Shown: one piece after another, positions 47,297 to 57,437 of the stretch
Layout of the letters: each line of letters opens with the position of its first letter
How positions within the stretch are numbered: position 1 is the first letter of the stretch
Origin: Promethearchaeota archaeon
GTDB lineage: Archaea; Asgardarchaeota; Hermodarchaeia; Hermodarchaeales; Hermodarchaeaceae
Assembly (NCBI GenBank): GCA_048938385.1
Contig: JBHLMG010000001.1
Coordinates: forward strand, 160,001-224,000
Length of the DNA stretch: 64,000 nt
Direction of reading: 5' to 3'
Notes under the pieces: generated by a model
What the model saw: the letters and a program-made list of their open reading frames with translations, nothing else
Told to the model about the DNA's origin: nothing
Database searches by the model: none
Translations under genes and position numbers: made by a program

Positions 47297-48298
47297 ATGG
47301 GTCACCGAAAACAAAGTGCTCCAAGACATGGTAGTCTTTCTTATCGTCCCCGAAAGCGTGCGCGCCGGGTTAGTGGACGAATTCGCTATTGGCCTCACCA
47401 AGTATCTGAACCTCAGATTCTCGGATTCGCTGGATTCAAAGTCGGTATGACTCATGTGATCCTCATTGATGATAAACCAAATAGCCCATGGTACGGTCGA
47501 GAAGTAAATCGCGCCGTTACCATTATAGATACGCCACCAATGCTGGTTGCTTCCCTCCGTGGATATGGGCAAAATGGCGGTGGGCTACGACCTATTAGCG
47601 AATGCTGGATGGAAAACTTACCTCGTGATATTCGACGAACTATGCCTTGGCCTAAAGAGTATGATGCCAAAGCATCTCTGACAAAATTAAGCAAATCGCT
47701 AAGCGAGATTACTGAACTGCGTGTTCGTCTTTTAACACAACCCAGACAAGCTGGTATAGGGAAGAAAAAACCTGACATCTTAGAGATGGGCGTGTATGGT
47801 GGGTCAATTCAGGAGCAATTTGAATACGCAAAGAATCTGCTAGGGCAGGAGATTCGCGTTCGAGATATCTTTCAACCCGGACAGTATCTCGATGTCGTTT
47901 CAGTCACTAAAGGGAAAGGGTTCCAAGGCGTGATAAAACGGTTTGGTGTGGCAAAATTACCCCACAAATCAAGAAAACGGGTTCGAGCCGTTGGAACGCT
48001 CGGTCCATGGCATCCCAACCGAATTATGTATACTGTTCCCCGACCAGGTCAAATGGGCGTCCATCAGCGTACAGAATATAATAAGCGCCTGATAAAAATC
48101 GGTGAAAAAACCGATGATATACAACCACCTGGCGGCTTTACACATTATGGTACCCCTCAATCCGATTTTCTCCTGCTTGACGGGTCTATTCCTGGTCCTT
48201 CCCGACGGCTAATACAACTACGAATGCCCACTCGTCCTAAACCGATTCCGGATAAACCTCCCGAAATCGTGTATATCAGTACAAGTAGTAAGAAGTAA
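47297..48298 (+). CDS. rpl3: Ribosomal protein uL3
   Basis: APRHGSL..RPRKR, TKGKGFQG, GQMG.HQRTEYNK. Confidence 0.97.
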   Translation: MGHRKQSAPRHGSLSYRPRKRARRVSGRIRYWPHQVSEPQILGFAGFKVGMTHVILIDDKPNSPWYGREVNRAVTIIDTPPMLVASLRGYGQNGGGLRPISECWMENLPRDIRRTMPWPKEYDAKASLTKLSKSLSEITELRVRLLTQPRQAGIGKKKPDILEMGVYGGSIQEQFEYAKNLLGQEIRVRDIFQPGQYLDVVSVTKGKGFQGVIKRFGVAKLPHKSRKRVRAVGTLGPWHPNRIMYTVPRPGQMGVHQRTEYNKRLIKIGEKTDDIQPPGGFTHYGTPQSDFLLLDGSIPGPSRRLIQLRMPTRPKPIPDKPPEIVYISTSSKK

Positions 48299-48308
48299 AG
48301 GAGGATCC

Positions 48309-49103
48309 TTGATGGCATCAGTTAAAATTCTCACATTGGACGGCAAGAAGAAGGGTGCAGTAACTCTTCCTTCGGTATTCGAGACGCCACTACGAAGGGA
48401 TATCATCAAACGCGCCGTTCTTGCGAAGCAATCTGCGGGCTTTCAACCCCACGGTGTTGATCCTAGGGCAGGTAAACGGACATCTGCTGAGTCTTGGGGG
48501 GTAGGACATGGTCGGGCTCGTGTTCCACGCAGAAAGGGCCAAGGGTATCAATCTGCCTCCCATGGTGCTTTTGCTCCTTCGACAGTTGGCGGTCGTCGTA
48601 CTCACCCCCCAGAAGCTACCAAAAATTCTCTTGAAAGGATAAATAGAAATGAACGGCGACTGGCTATTCGCTCTGCCATTGCCGCGACCGCAAACAGTAC
48701 ACTGGTGACAGCTCGTGGGCATACTTTTGAGGTAGACGAACTTCCCATCATCACGGTGGATGAACTTCAAGCCATTCAGTCAACAGAAGAGGCAAAGGAA
48801 GCGTTTGTAAATTTAGGGATATGGAATGATGTTCTCCGAGTGAAAAATGGTCGTAAAATCAGAGGCGGAAATGCTCGTCGTCGAGGTCGGAAGTATCGAA
48901 AACCTGTTGGACCACTCATAGTAATCGTAGAGGATAAGGGCATTCGGAAAGCTGCACGCAATCTTCCTGGCGTCAAGATACGCTATGTATCAAAACTCAA
49001 CGCTGAAGACCTCGCTCCAGGAACGCAACCAGGTAGACTTACTGTGTGGACAAAATCAGCTATAGATGCTCTCGCTACTGGTCTGTTTGGAGGCGGTCAA
49101 TGA
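48309..49103 (+). CDS. rpl4: Ribosomal protein uL4
   Basis: TSAESWGVG, LAPG..PGRLTVWT. Confidence 0.97.
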   Translation: MMASVKILTLDGKKKGAVTLPSVFETPLRRDIIKRAVLAKQSAGFQPHGVDPRAGKRTSAESWGVGHGRARVPRRKGQGYQSASHGAFAPSTVGGRRTHPPEATKNSLERINRNERRLAIRSAIAATANSTLVTARGHTFEVDELPIITVDELQAIQSTEEAKEAFVNLGIWNDVLRVKNGRKIRGGNARRRGRKYRKPVGPLIVIVEDKGIRKAARNLPGVKIRYVSKLNAEDLAPGTQPGRLTVWTKSAIDALATGLFGGGQ

Positions 49104-49363
49104 TGGAACCTTATGATGTTATCATCCGAATGATGATTACTGAGCGTGCCTCAGAAATTGTTGAAAAAGATAACCGGCTAACCTTCATTGTGAATCGAAA
49201 AGCCACAAAGGGGCAAATCCGTGAAGCAATTGAAACGCTTTACGAAGTGAAGGTTCTCAAAGTCAACACTCTCATCACACCTAAAGGCGAAAAGAAAGCC
49301 ATGGTCAAACTTGCTCCCGAGTATAACGCCGCTGATCTAGCTGTGAAACTTGGACTCTTCTAA
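49100..49363 (+). CDS. rpl23: Ribosomal protein uL23
   Basis: ITE, NRLTFIV, KVNTLITPKGEKKA. Confidence 0.96.
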   Translation: MMEPYDVIIRMMITERASEIVEKDNRLTFIVNRKATKGQIREAIETLYEVKVLKVNTLITPKGEKKAMVKLAPEYNAADLAVKLGLF

Positions 49364-49380
49364 TCGGAGGTAAAAACACG

Positions 49381-50109
49381 ATGGGTAAACGAATCTATGT
49401 GCAACGACGGGGTCGCGGAAGTCCGACATTTCGTGCTAACTCTCATCGAAGACGCGGCGCGGTAAAATATCCTCCACTAGCTCTTATGACTAAGATAGGC
49501 TATCTAAACGCCACAATAGATGATCTTCTTCACGATCCTGGGCGAGGCTGTCCAATCGCACACCTTACGCTGGACGATGGATCAACACATCTTGCCTTGG
49601 TGCCTGAAGGTTCCGCGGTCGGAGACCAAATCCGCATTGGACCCAAAGCGGGCATACGCTCAGGACATATTCTTCCTCTTGGAAAAATTCCTGAAGGTAC
49701 CCCTATCTTCAACATCGAAGGTCAACCTGGCGATGGTGGAAAATTCGTTCGGTCCAGTGGAACCTACGCAACAATTGTCACTCATAGACGCGGTAGCACC
49801 ACAATTCGTCTCCCTTCAGGAAAAATGCGAACATTCAACTCAACCGCTCGAGCCACTATTGGCGTGGTCTCCGGTGGAGGACGCCCTGAAAAACCCTTCC
49901 TCAAGGCAGGTAGTAAACACAAACATCGCTACGCAAAGGGACTGACCTATCCTAAGGTTCGTGGTGTGGCCATGAATGCAGCCTCGCATCCACACGGTGG
50001 AGGAAACAAACAACACCCCGGTGGACCAACTTCTGTTAAAAGAACTGCTCCGCCCGGTCAAAAGGTCGGTTTAATCGCTCCAAAACGGACAGGTCGCAAG
50101 AAGCGTTGA
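49381..50109 (+). CDS. rpl2: Ribosomal protein uL2
   Basis: HDPGR, VRGVAMN..HPHGGG, PPGQKVG. Confidence 0.97.
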   Translation: MGKRIYVQRRGRGSPTFRANSHRRRGAVKYPPLALMTKIGYLNATIDDLLHDPGRGCPIAHLTLDDGSTHLALVPEGSAVGDQIRIGPKAGIRSGHILPLGKIPEGTPIFNIEGQPGDGGKFVRSSGTYATIVTHRRGSTTIRLPSGKMRTFNSTARATIGVVSGGGRPEKPFLKAGSKHKHRYAKGLTYPKVRGVAMNAASHPHGGGNKQHPGGPTSVKRTAPPGQKVGLIAPKRTGRKKR

Positions 50110-50149
50110 TCGCTTCATCCTCCCCTGTTCTCAAAGAAAGGGTAAGTTA

Positions 50150-51670
50150 TTATCGCTGCTCTCTAAACATACGCCAAGAAAGGGTCATTGTTCGAGGGTG
50201 TGCAGCTTTAACCTCGTCAAGTCGAGATATCGCTGTATTGCGTGGCGTCTCACGAACGGCTTGAGGGTTACTGTAGGCTTGATCAGAAATTTCCCGCAGG
50301 GCATTGATGAACCGGTCAAGTTCAGCCTTACTGAAGGTTTCAGTAGGTTCAATCATCAAGGCTTCTTCAACGATAGCTGGAAAATAGAAGGTCGGGGCGT
50401 GCACTCCGCGATCGAGGAGGGCTTTTGCGACATCGCGAGCATTAACACCTGTAGCTTCTTCAAGAGGTTTAGCACTAATAACAACTTCATGTTTCCGCCA
50501 AACACCAGGAGCGAAGGGAATATTGTACCCTTTGATGGCTTCAACCTGTTTCATGATGTAATTCGCATTTAGAACAGCATGGTCCGAGACGGCGTTAAGT
50601 CCTTCCTTGCCCATGCGCATGATGTAAGCATAAGCTTTCAGAAGGACTGCTGAGTTTCCCCAATATCCGTGCAATCGCCCAATAGCTTTCGGACGATTAA
50701 CTTCCAATGAGTAACTAGTTCCATCAAAAATAATGATAGGAATCGGCAGATAGGGCGCTAACCGCTTTTTGACACCCACAGGTCCTGCGCCAGGACCGCC
50801 ACCTCCATGTGGCGTAGCAAAAGTTTTGTGGAGGTTAAGATGGATGATGTCAAATCCCATATCGCCTGGACGCACACGACCGAGATTGGCGTTGAGGTTT
50901 GCTCCATCGTAGTAGAGCAACCCCCCTGCTTTATGAATAATCTCTGCAATGGAATCGATATTTTGTTCAAAAAGCCCCAAAGTATTGGGATTTGTAAGCA
51001 TTAGTCCCGCTGTGGTGTCGGAAACTGTCGTTTCAAGTGCGTCGAGGTCAATTTGTCCATTGCTATTAGAGGGAATGACCACCACATCAAATCCCGCCAT
51101 AGCGGCACTAGCAGGATTGGTGCCATGAGCAGAATCAGGAACAATAATTTCTCTGCGTTGTTCCAGTTGACCATGCTCAGCGTGGTAGGCTCGAATAATA
51201 AGAACGCCGGTTAATTCTCCCTGTGCACCCGCGGCGGGTTGTAGGGAAAATTGATCCATACCAGTGATTTCCTTCAACCATTGTTCAAGCTCAAAGAAAA
51301 TGTGCAAAATTCCCTGGAGCGTTGAACAATCTTGGTCGGGGTGTAATTGGGAAAATTGGGGGTTCCTAACGATTTCTTCGTTCATGGGGGGGTTGTACTT
51401 CATTGTACAGCTTCCCAGTGGATATAGTCCTAGATCGATGCAATAATTCATCTGGGATAGTCGAATAAAATGTTGAAGCACTTCGGGTTCCGATAACTCG
51501 GGAAGGAGTGGCGGGTTCAGTCGTTGAAGGCTTTCAGGAATGGTAGACAACGGATCAGGCGCAGCTTTTTGAATGACCTTGCTCACCTTAGGTAAGGAAT
51601 AACCTACAGCTCCTTTTCGCGAGTTTTCAAACACCAAGGCTTCATCCCACTTGGCTTGTCGAAATGTCAT
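50150..51670 (-). CDS. gcvPB: Glycine dehydrogenase subunit 2
   Basis: PLGSCTMKYN, SAHGTNPAS, HKTFATPHGGGGPG. Confidence 0.96.
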   Translation of the reverse strand: MTFRQAKWDEALVFENSRKGAVGYSLPKVSKVIQKAAPDPLSTIPESLQRLNPPLLPELSEPEVLQHFIRLSQMNYCIDLGLYPLGSCTMKYNPPMNEEIVRNPQFSQLHPDQDCSTLQGILHIFFELEQWLKEITGMDQFSLQPAAGAQGELTGVLIIRAYHAEHGQLEQRREIIVPDSAHGTNPASAAMAGFDVVVIPSNSNGQIDLDALETTVSDTTAGLMLTNPNTLGLFEQNIDSIAEIIHKAGGLLYYDGANLNANLGRVRPGDMGFDIIHLNLHKTFATPHGGGGPGAGPVGVKKRLAPYLPIPIIIFDGTSYSLEVNRPKAIGRLHGYWGNSAVLLKAYAYIMRMGKEGLNAVSDHAVLNANYIMKQVEAIKGYNIPFAPGVWRKHEVVISAKPLEEATGVNARDVAKALLDRGVHAPTFYFPAIVEEALMIEPTETFSKAELDRFINALREISDQAYSNPQAVRETPRNTAISRLDEVKAAHPRTMTLSWRMFREQR

Positions 51671-53064
51671 TTTTCTCCCTCCATAGCCCACCTAAAGCCG
51701 TCTACTAGGTGGTCTATTTGCATTTGCGAATGGCTTTCAGTGATACAAACCAATGCTGATTGTCCAAGGCTGGGAAAGCTGACATCGAGAGGAATACCTG
51801 CTAGTATCCGTTTTTGTTGCATCCGTTTCAAGAGGCTTCTAATCGACTTTTCTTTGTCATCAAGCTTGACCACAAATTCCTTGAAATGTGGCGCTTCAAA
51901 AAGAGGTGCTTGAATACCTTTCAAGGCATTTAATTGTTGTTCAGCATAGCTGCGTAGTTGTAAAATCATTTTTCCGAGTTGAGCTAGTCCTCTTGGACCT
52001 AGCAATGATAGGTAGACGGCTGCAGTGATGGCGGATAGGGCTTGGTTTGAACAAATGTTCGAGGTTGCCTTTTCTCTGCGGATGTGTTGCTCTCGAGCTT
52101 GAACAGTCATTACGAACCCACGTTCATCCCCATCCTTTATTGTAGTTAGTCCAATAATCCGACCCGGAAGCTGTCGAAGTAGCTTTCTGTCATCTTGGCT
52201 TGCGAATAATCCCAATAACGGTCCACCGAGATTAATGGAACTGCCTAAAGGTTGCCCTTCACCTATGACGATATCAGCTCCAAACGATCCTGGTGGGCGT
52301 ATCACGCCAAGTGAGATGGGGTCTACACCAACAACTACTAGGGCGCCAGCGTCATGAGCGATCTCTGTTATTACATCAACTTGGTCTTGCAAAAAACCAA
52401 GATAAGATGGATTCTCGAAATACACTCCTGCTGTTTGGTTGTTAACAAGCTTTTTCAATTGCTCAATATTCATCTGACCAGTTCGAGGATCAAACCCAAT
52501 CGTCTTAACAACAATACCTGCAGGTTGGGTGTAGGTATCTAAGACACTACGACGATTCGGTGAAATCGCTGTAGGTACCAAAAAGTCTGTACGGTTAGTC
52601 ACACGCCGGGTCATCAAAGCAGCTTCCCCAAGGGCACTCGCCCAATCGTACATTGAAGCGTTGACGATGGGTAATTCCACTAATTCAGCAATTAGGCTCT
52701 GATACTCAAATAGCGCTTGGAGCATTCCTTGGCTGATTTCCGCCTGGTAAGGAGTATACGCCGTGAGGAACTCGGTCCGGCTGGTAACTGTTTTAACGAC
52801 TTCGGGAATAGTGTGTGGCCACGCTCCCCCTCCGAGAAAACTCACTCCACTTCGTGTATCCCAATTGCGCTCTAACCTCTGAGAAATGGTCTGATGCACT
52901 TCTCTTTCAGATAGCCCTTCAGGGATGTTCAGTTTCTTGGTAAGAAGAAACTTCGACGGTATGTCCTCGAATAGTTCATGAATATTCCTAATACCCAGAG
53001 TAGCAAGCATTTCTGTTTCTTGCTCTCCTACAGTCGGTAGGAATGAATGGCGGATTTCGGGCAC
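51667..53064 (-). CDS. gcvPA: Glycine dehydrogenase subunit 1
   Basis: YTPYQAEISQG, REQHIRREKATSNICSNQ. Confidence 0.96.
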   Translation of the reverse strand: MPEIRHSFLPTVGEQETEMLATLGIRNIHELFEDIPSKFLLTKKLNIPEGLSEREVHQTISQRLERNWDTRSGVSFLGGGAWPHTIPEVVKTVTSRTEFLTAYTPYQAEISQGMLQALFEYQSLIAELVELPIVNASMYDWASALGEAALMTRRVTNRTDFLVPTAISPNRRSVLDTYTQPAGIVVKTIGFDPRTGQMNIEQLKKLVNNQTAGVYFENPSYLGFLQDQVDVITEIAHDAGALVVVGVDPISLGVIRPPGSFGADIVIGEGQPLGSSINLGGPLLGLFASQDDRKLLRQLPGRIIGLTTIKDGDERGFVMTVQAREQHIRREKATSNICSNQALSAITAAVYLSLLGPRGLAQLGKMILQLRSYAEQQLNALKGIQAPLFEAPHFKEFVVKLDDKEKSIRSLLKRMQQKRILAGIPLDVSFPSLGQSALVCITESHSQMQIDHLVDGFRWAMEGEK

Positions 53065-53204
53065 TTTGGCTACCTCACAACTGTTCGGACGCTTTTAAGC
53101 AAAATAACTTTCTACCTGACTACATACTAATGTTACTCAAAAAAGAGTAGCTACTCTTAAATATCAGGAATCGCCAAAGCGACCTCTCCCGAGGAGGTCA
53201 ATCC

Positions 53205-53804
53205 TTGAGTGCGCAGAATAAATTACAACGATTCAACACAAAAACTGTGGCTTATATTGCGTTTATGGCAGCCTTGGGAACTGCCGTGTCTATCTTAACA
53301 ATTAACATGGTGCAACTTGGAGTTACCCAAATCGCCTTAGATCTAAGTCACTTAGGAACTTTTCTCGTCGCTATTCCAGGAGGAGCTATACTTGGCGCCA
53401 TCACAGGATTGATTGCCGGTATTTATCCCGGGATAGCCTTCGGATATATTTGGGGGCAATTAGGAATAGTAGGTCTTTTAGGATTACCTGTAGGGAAAGG
53501 CATGACGGGGTTCACCAGTGGACTTCTCCAACGGTCACTCAAACGCCCTTTCTTATCCGTAACTGTCGGATATGTGCCTGAATGCGTTTTCACAATTTGG
53601 CTCTTCATGTTCATCGTACCTTTCTTTACACCCATTCCCGCCCAATTCGTCCTCACCATCGCCCTAAGTATCGTAACGAAAGCATGGATAGAAATTCTTT
53701 TCATGGGCTTCGTTATGGAAACAGCGTTCCTATCCCGTGGAATCGTAAGTATGCTGCGAACAATCTTCCCTAAGTGGGATTACACACCGCTTACCGAATT
53801 ATAA
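53205..53804 (+). CDS. ECF transporter S-component-like membrane protein
   Basis: IAFMAAL, LDLSH, about 5-6 TM helices. Confidence 0.65.
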   Translation: MSAQNKLQRFNTKTVAYIAFMAALGTAVSILTINMVQLGVTQIALDLSHLGTFLVAIPGGAILGAITGLIAGIYPGIAFGYIWGQLGIVGLLGLPVGKGMTGFTSGLLQRSLKRPFLSVTVGYVPECVFTIWLFMFIVPFFTPIPAQFVLTIALSIVTKAWIEILFMGFVMETAFLSRGIVSMLRTIFPKWDYTPLTEL

Positions 53805-53932
53805 CAAACTGTTGTCTCATCGCATCCTGATATGGCGTAAGATTTTTATTGAAGCGCAAGGATTGCCCGTTCAACACATCCTACACTGAAAACCAACTCT
53901 TGTAACTAACTATAACTAATGGAGGAACATGT

Positions 53933-55600
53933 ATGGCACAAATGCAAGGCATTCCAGTACTCTTGCTTAAGGAAGGCACAGAGAGATCTCGGGGCCGGGA
54001 TGCCCGTGAAAATAACATCATGGCTGTACGCGCCCTTGCCGATTCGGTTCGTACTTCTCTGGGCCCTCGTGGTCAGGATAAAATGCTGGTTGATAGCCTC
54101 GGTGATGTAACCATCACAAATGATGGTGCCACTATCCTCGACGAGATTGAAGTGCAGCATCCTGCTGCAAAAATGCTCGTCCAAGTGGCTAAGGCGCAAG
54201 ATGCAGAAACTGGTGATGGTACGACCTCTGCTGTTGTTCTTTGTGGTGAACTGCTCAAGCAGGCCCAAGGAATCATTGACGCGGGTGTCCATCCAACAGT
54301 CATAATATCTGGTTATCGAAAAGCTGTTGACAGAGCCATCGAAATTCTCGATGGTATGTCGGTTGAATGCACACGCGAAGATCGTGATAAATTATTGAAA
54401 GTGTCTGACACATCTATGTCTAGCAAACTCGTTGCTGAAGCCAAAGACTTTCTCTCACCCATTGCTGTTGATGCAGTGTTACAAATCACTGAAGAGACAG
54501 GGCATGGGCTCGTTGCTGATATTGATCACATCAAAGTAGAGAAGAAAGAAGGCGGTTCGATTCGGGACACTCAATTAGTACGCGGTGTCATTGTTGACAA
54601 AGAAATCGTTCATTCGGAAATGCCACGGCGAATTTCAAAAGCTAAAATGGCACTTGTGAACGCGTCCATGGAAGTTGAAAAAACCGAGATGGATGCAGAA
54701 ATCCGAATCACAGATCCTGAACAAATGAAAGCTTTTCTGGATGAAGAACAGCGAATGCTCAAAAAAATCTCCGATAAGGTGAAAGAAATCGGTGCTAATG
54801 TGGTCTTTTGCCAAAAGGGCATCGATGACAAGGTTCAACATTATCTCGCTAAGGAAGGCATTCTTGCGGTTCGCCGAATCAAGAAGAGCGACATGGAAGC
54901 CCTCGCCCGTGCAACAGGAGGACGCGTAGTCTCTTCCATCGATCACCTCACAGAAGTTGATCTTGGAGCCTGTGAACTCGTTGAAGAGCGTAAGGTCGGT
55001 GATGACAAAATGGTCTTCGTCGAAGGCTGCAAAGATCCTAAAACCGTGAGTGTTCTCATAAGGGGAGGTACAGAACGCGTCGTAGACGAAGCAGAACGAG
55101 CATTTCACGACGCCGTCTCTGTCATTCGTGATGCCGTTGAAGATGGCAAAATTGTTGCTGGTGGTGGCGCTCCAGAAGTCGAGGTGGCGTCGCAGCTCCG
55201 TGAATTTGCCGCTACCCTGAAGGGTCGTGAACAAATCGCAGTGAACAAGTTCGCTGATGGCATAGAAACAATTCCCAAGACTTTAGCCGAAAACGCAGGC
55301 CACGATCCCATTGATGTGCTTGTTGCCCTTCGCTCCGAACATGGAGCTGGGAAAGCGACGATGGGAGTAGACATCCTTTCAGGAAAAGCCAAAGATATGC
55401 TCAAATCCGGCGTTCTTGAACCTCTCCGGGTTAAAACGCATGCAATCCGATCCGCTACAGAAGCAGCATCACTCATCCTAAGAATTGATGATGTAATCGC
55501 TGCTAAACGAAGCGCTGCTCCCGCAGGGGGTCCAGGCGGAATGCCTCCAGGGATGGGTGGCATGGGTGGCATGGGTGGCATGCCTCCTGGCATGATGTAA
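53933..55600 (+). CDS. ths: Thermosome (group II chaperonin) subunit
   Basis: [17 protein letters not shown]-repeat tail. Confidence 0.97.
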   Translation: MAQMQGIPVLLLKEGTERSRGRDARENNIMAVRALADSVRTSLGPRGQDKMLVDSLGDVTITNDGATILDEIEVQHPAAKMLVQVAKAQDAETGDGTTSAVVLCGELLKQAQGIIDAGVHPTVIISGYRKAVDRAIEILDGMSVECTREDRDKLLKVSDTSMSSKLVAEAKDFLSPIAVDAVLQITEETGHGLVADIDHIKVEKKEGGSIRDTQLVRGVIVDKEIVHSEMPRRISKAKMALVNASMEVEKTEMDAEIRITDPEQMKAFLDEEQRMLKKISDKVKEIGANVVFCQKGIDDKVQHYLAKEGILAVRRIKKSDMEALARATGGRVVSSIDHLTEVDLGACELVEERKVGDDKMVFVEGCKDPKTVSVLIRGGTERVVDEAERAFHDAVSVIRDAVEDGKIVAGGGAPEVEVASQLREFAATLKGREQIAVNKFADGIETIPKTLAENAGHDPIDVLVALRSEHGAGKATMGVDILSGKAKDMLKSGVLEPLRVKTHAIRSATEAASLILRIDDVIAAKRSAAPAGGPGGMPPGMGGMGGMGGMPPGMM

Positions 55601-55602
55601 AC

Positions 55603-55640
55603 ACGCGCCCGCCTATGCGGGTGCGCCTTTCTCCTTTTTT
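55603..55640 (+). terminator. Hairpin plus U-tract terminator after thermosome
   Basis: GCGCCCGC-CTAT-GCGGGTGC followed by CTTTCTCCTTTTTT. Confidence 0.65.
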
Positions 55641-55686
55641 AAAATTCTTTTTTACTCCGGTGTCTAATTGTAAGTAGGTATTCATC

Positions 55687-56163
55687 ATGAAGCAGCAATT
55701 TGCAGTAGAGGTATCTGGTGTTGATTTCGCTGCCGCTCACTTTGTGAGCGAGGGTGGAAAATGCGAGAGCCTTCATGGGCATAACTACCTTGTGAAAGCT
55801 ACAGTGCACGGACAACTAGACGATCAAGGAATGGTCATTGATTTCCGCGTTCTCAAAAAACAACTCCGTCAGTTATGTCAAGATTGGGATCACCGCGTAT
55901 TGTTACCTACCCAATCAAAGATGATCAATGTCGAACGCCAAGCAGATCAATTTCATGTGAAAACACCAACTGGTAACTATTCTATTCCGGCTTCTGATGT
56001 AGTTCTCCTCGATGTCTTAGAAACTACTGCTGAAGAACTTGCACGGGTTCTGTGTCAACAGTTAAGCGAGAAACTAATGATACGCTTTTCGAATGTCACG
56101 CAGGTGAGTGTGACTCTTGCCGAAAGTTCTACATCTCGGGCTCTTGTGTCTATGACATTGTAG
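55687..56163 (+). CDS. queD: 6-carboxytetrahydropterin/6-pyruvoyltetrahydropterin synthase family
   Basis: FAAAH, CESLHGHNY, IDF, WDH, TTAEELA. Confidence 0.82.
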   Translation: MKQQFAVEVSGVDFAAAHFVSEGGKCESLHGHNYLVKATVHGQLDDQGMVIDFRVLKKQLRQLCQDWDHRVLLPTQSKMINVERQADQFHVKTPTGNYSIPASDVVLLDVLETTAEELARVLCQQLSEKLMIRFSNVTQVSVTLAESSTSRALVSMTL

Positions 56164-57409
56164 GCTGCTCTTCGCTTTGTCTACGACGTTGACGAAGATA
56201 GCCAATGATTCCGGAAATGAGTGGAAATAGCAGAGCGAGGGGAACTAAGAACATTAAGGTTCGTTCATGCAAGTAGAGAAATTCGATAGAGTCAACGATG
56301 ATGGGGGGAGCTTGAATTAAGTTAAGAAGTACCACCGGATGGACGCAAAGATAGGCGATGAGGATGACAAACATAAATCGAACTAGCGAAGATCCAATGG
56401 AAAGCCACACCATCCGAGCTACGGACGGCGAGCTTGCTCTCGCTGTTAAAGCCGCTTCAGCGTCAGGATCCTCTCGGAATAGCCGTTGAACGAAGGAATT
56501 CAATCGTCGTACTTCATGCGCGTCCTTGAGCTCAACGAGCCATTCTCGGCGCAATAGTTTGCGTTCAATAACCTGACGCATTAGACGAAATGCGTCTGAG
56601 CCAAGCATTCTTTGGAGCGCTTTGGGCACGGGAACATCTCTACTCCGAATAGGAATTTGAGTTTGGGCGTCTGATTGTAATTGTTGAAGCTGTTTGCGTA
56701 ATTGTTCTTCTCGCAGTGTTGGAGGTTCTAATAGGGCGCTGAAGTAAACTACCTGATACGACGCTTCAAGATAGACAAAACTCATCAGAGCAACTACAAA
56801 AACTGGTGAAAGGAGGAATAGGTTAGCATTAACTGGTAAAGGAAGAGCACTGTAAGGCGCAAGGAAGTAACCAAAAGCTCCGCCTGGTAAATTCAACACA
56901 CTTCCTCCCGCTGCTACGATAGCAATACCGATCATCGATACAAAACAAAGGGTGGCTAGACGGCTACTACTTCGAAGAAAAGAAAAAATTCCAGTGAGCA
57001 ACCCGAGGATGAGTAGAAGCCAAAACCCAAGGAAATACAGACTAACTAAGAGGCTAATTATCGTGTTTTGAACCACTATGGGGTTTAACGGAAGAAATAT
57101 TACTCCAAAGGCTTGAAAAAAGGCTCCGACCGCGTCGAGGTATTCAGGAAAAATTATGATGAAAGGTTGTTGAGTGAAAAAGGATCCTGCCATTGCTCCT
57201 ATTCCGGCAACCACATAAATAAAGAGGCTCACGACGAGGCTGATCCCATTCCGGAGGGCACCTGCAAATTCAACGAGAGCTGTAAAAACACCAGCGCCTC
57301 CGTCTATACGCCATACAACAGGATCAACATTAATCAAAATTAGCGTCGCGAAGACGATGAAAGCGGCAACTGCAATACCTCGAAGGAACCAAAGAATGTA
57401 ACGGCTCAT
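56150..57409 (-). CDS. Multi-pass membrane hypothetical protein of the MoxR cluster
   Basis: Many hydrophobic segments; co-oriented with the DUF58/MoxR genes. Confidence 0.7.
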   Translation of the reverse strand: MSRYILWFLRGIAVAAFIVFATLILINVDPVVWRIDGGAGVFTALVEFAGALRNGISLVVSLFIYVVAGIGAMAGSFFTQQPFIIIFPEYLDAVGAFFQAFGVIFLPLNPIVVQNTIISLLVSLYFLGFWLLLILGLLTGIFSFLRSSSRLATLCFVSMIGIAIVAAGGSVLNLPGGAFGYFLAPYSALPLPVNANLFLLSPVFVVALMSFVYLEASYQVVYFSALLEPPTLREEQLRKQLQQLQSDAQTQIPIRSRDVPVPKALQRMLGSDAFRLMRQVIERKLLRREWLVELKDAHEVRRLNSFVQRLFREDPDAEAALTARASSPSVARMVWLSIGSSLVRFMFVILIAYLCVHPVVLLNLIQAPPIIVDSIEFLYLHERTLMFLVPLALLFPLISGIIGYLRQRRRQSEEQPTMS

Positions 57410-57437
57410 TTAGTAGACATCACCATCTCACCTTTTT

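Noticed and set aside
55545-55600. GGTGGCATG tandem repeat
   Set aside because: Ordinary GGM tail of chaperonins
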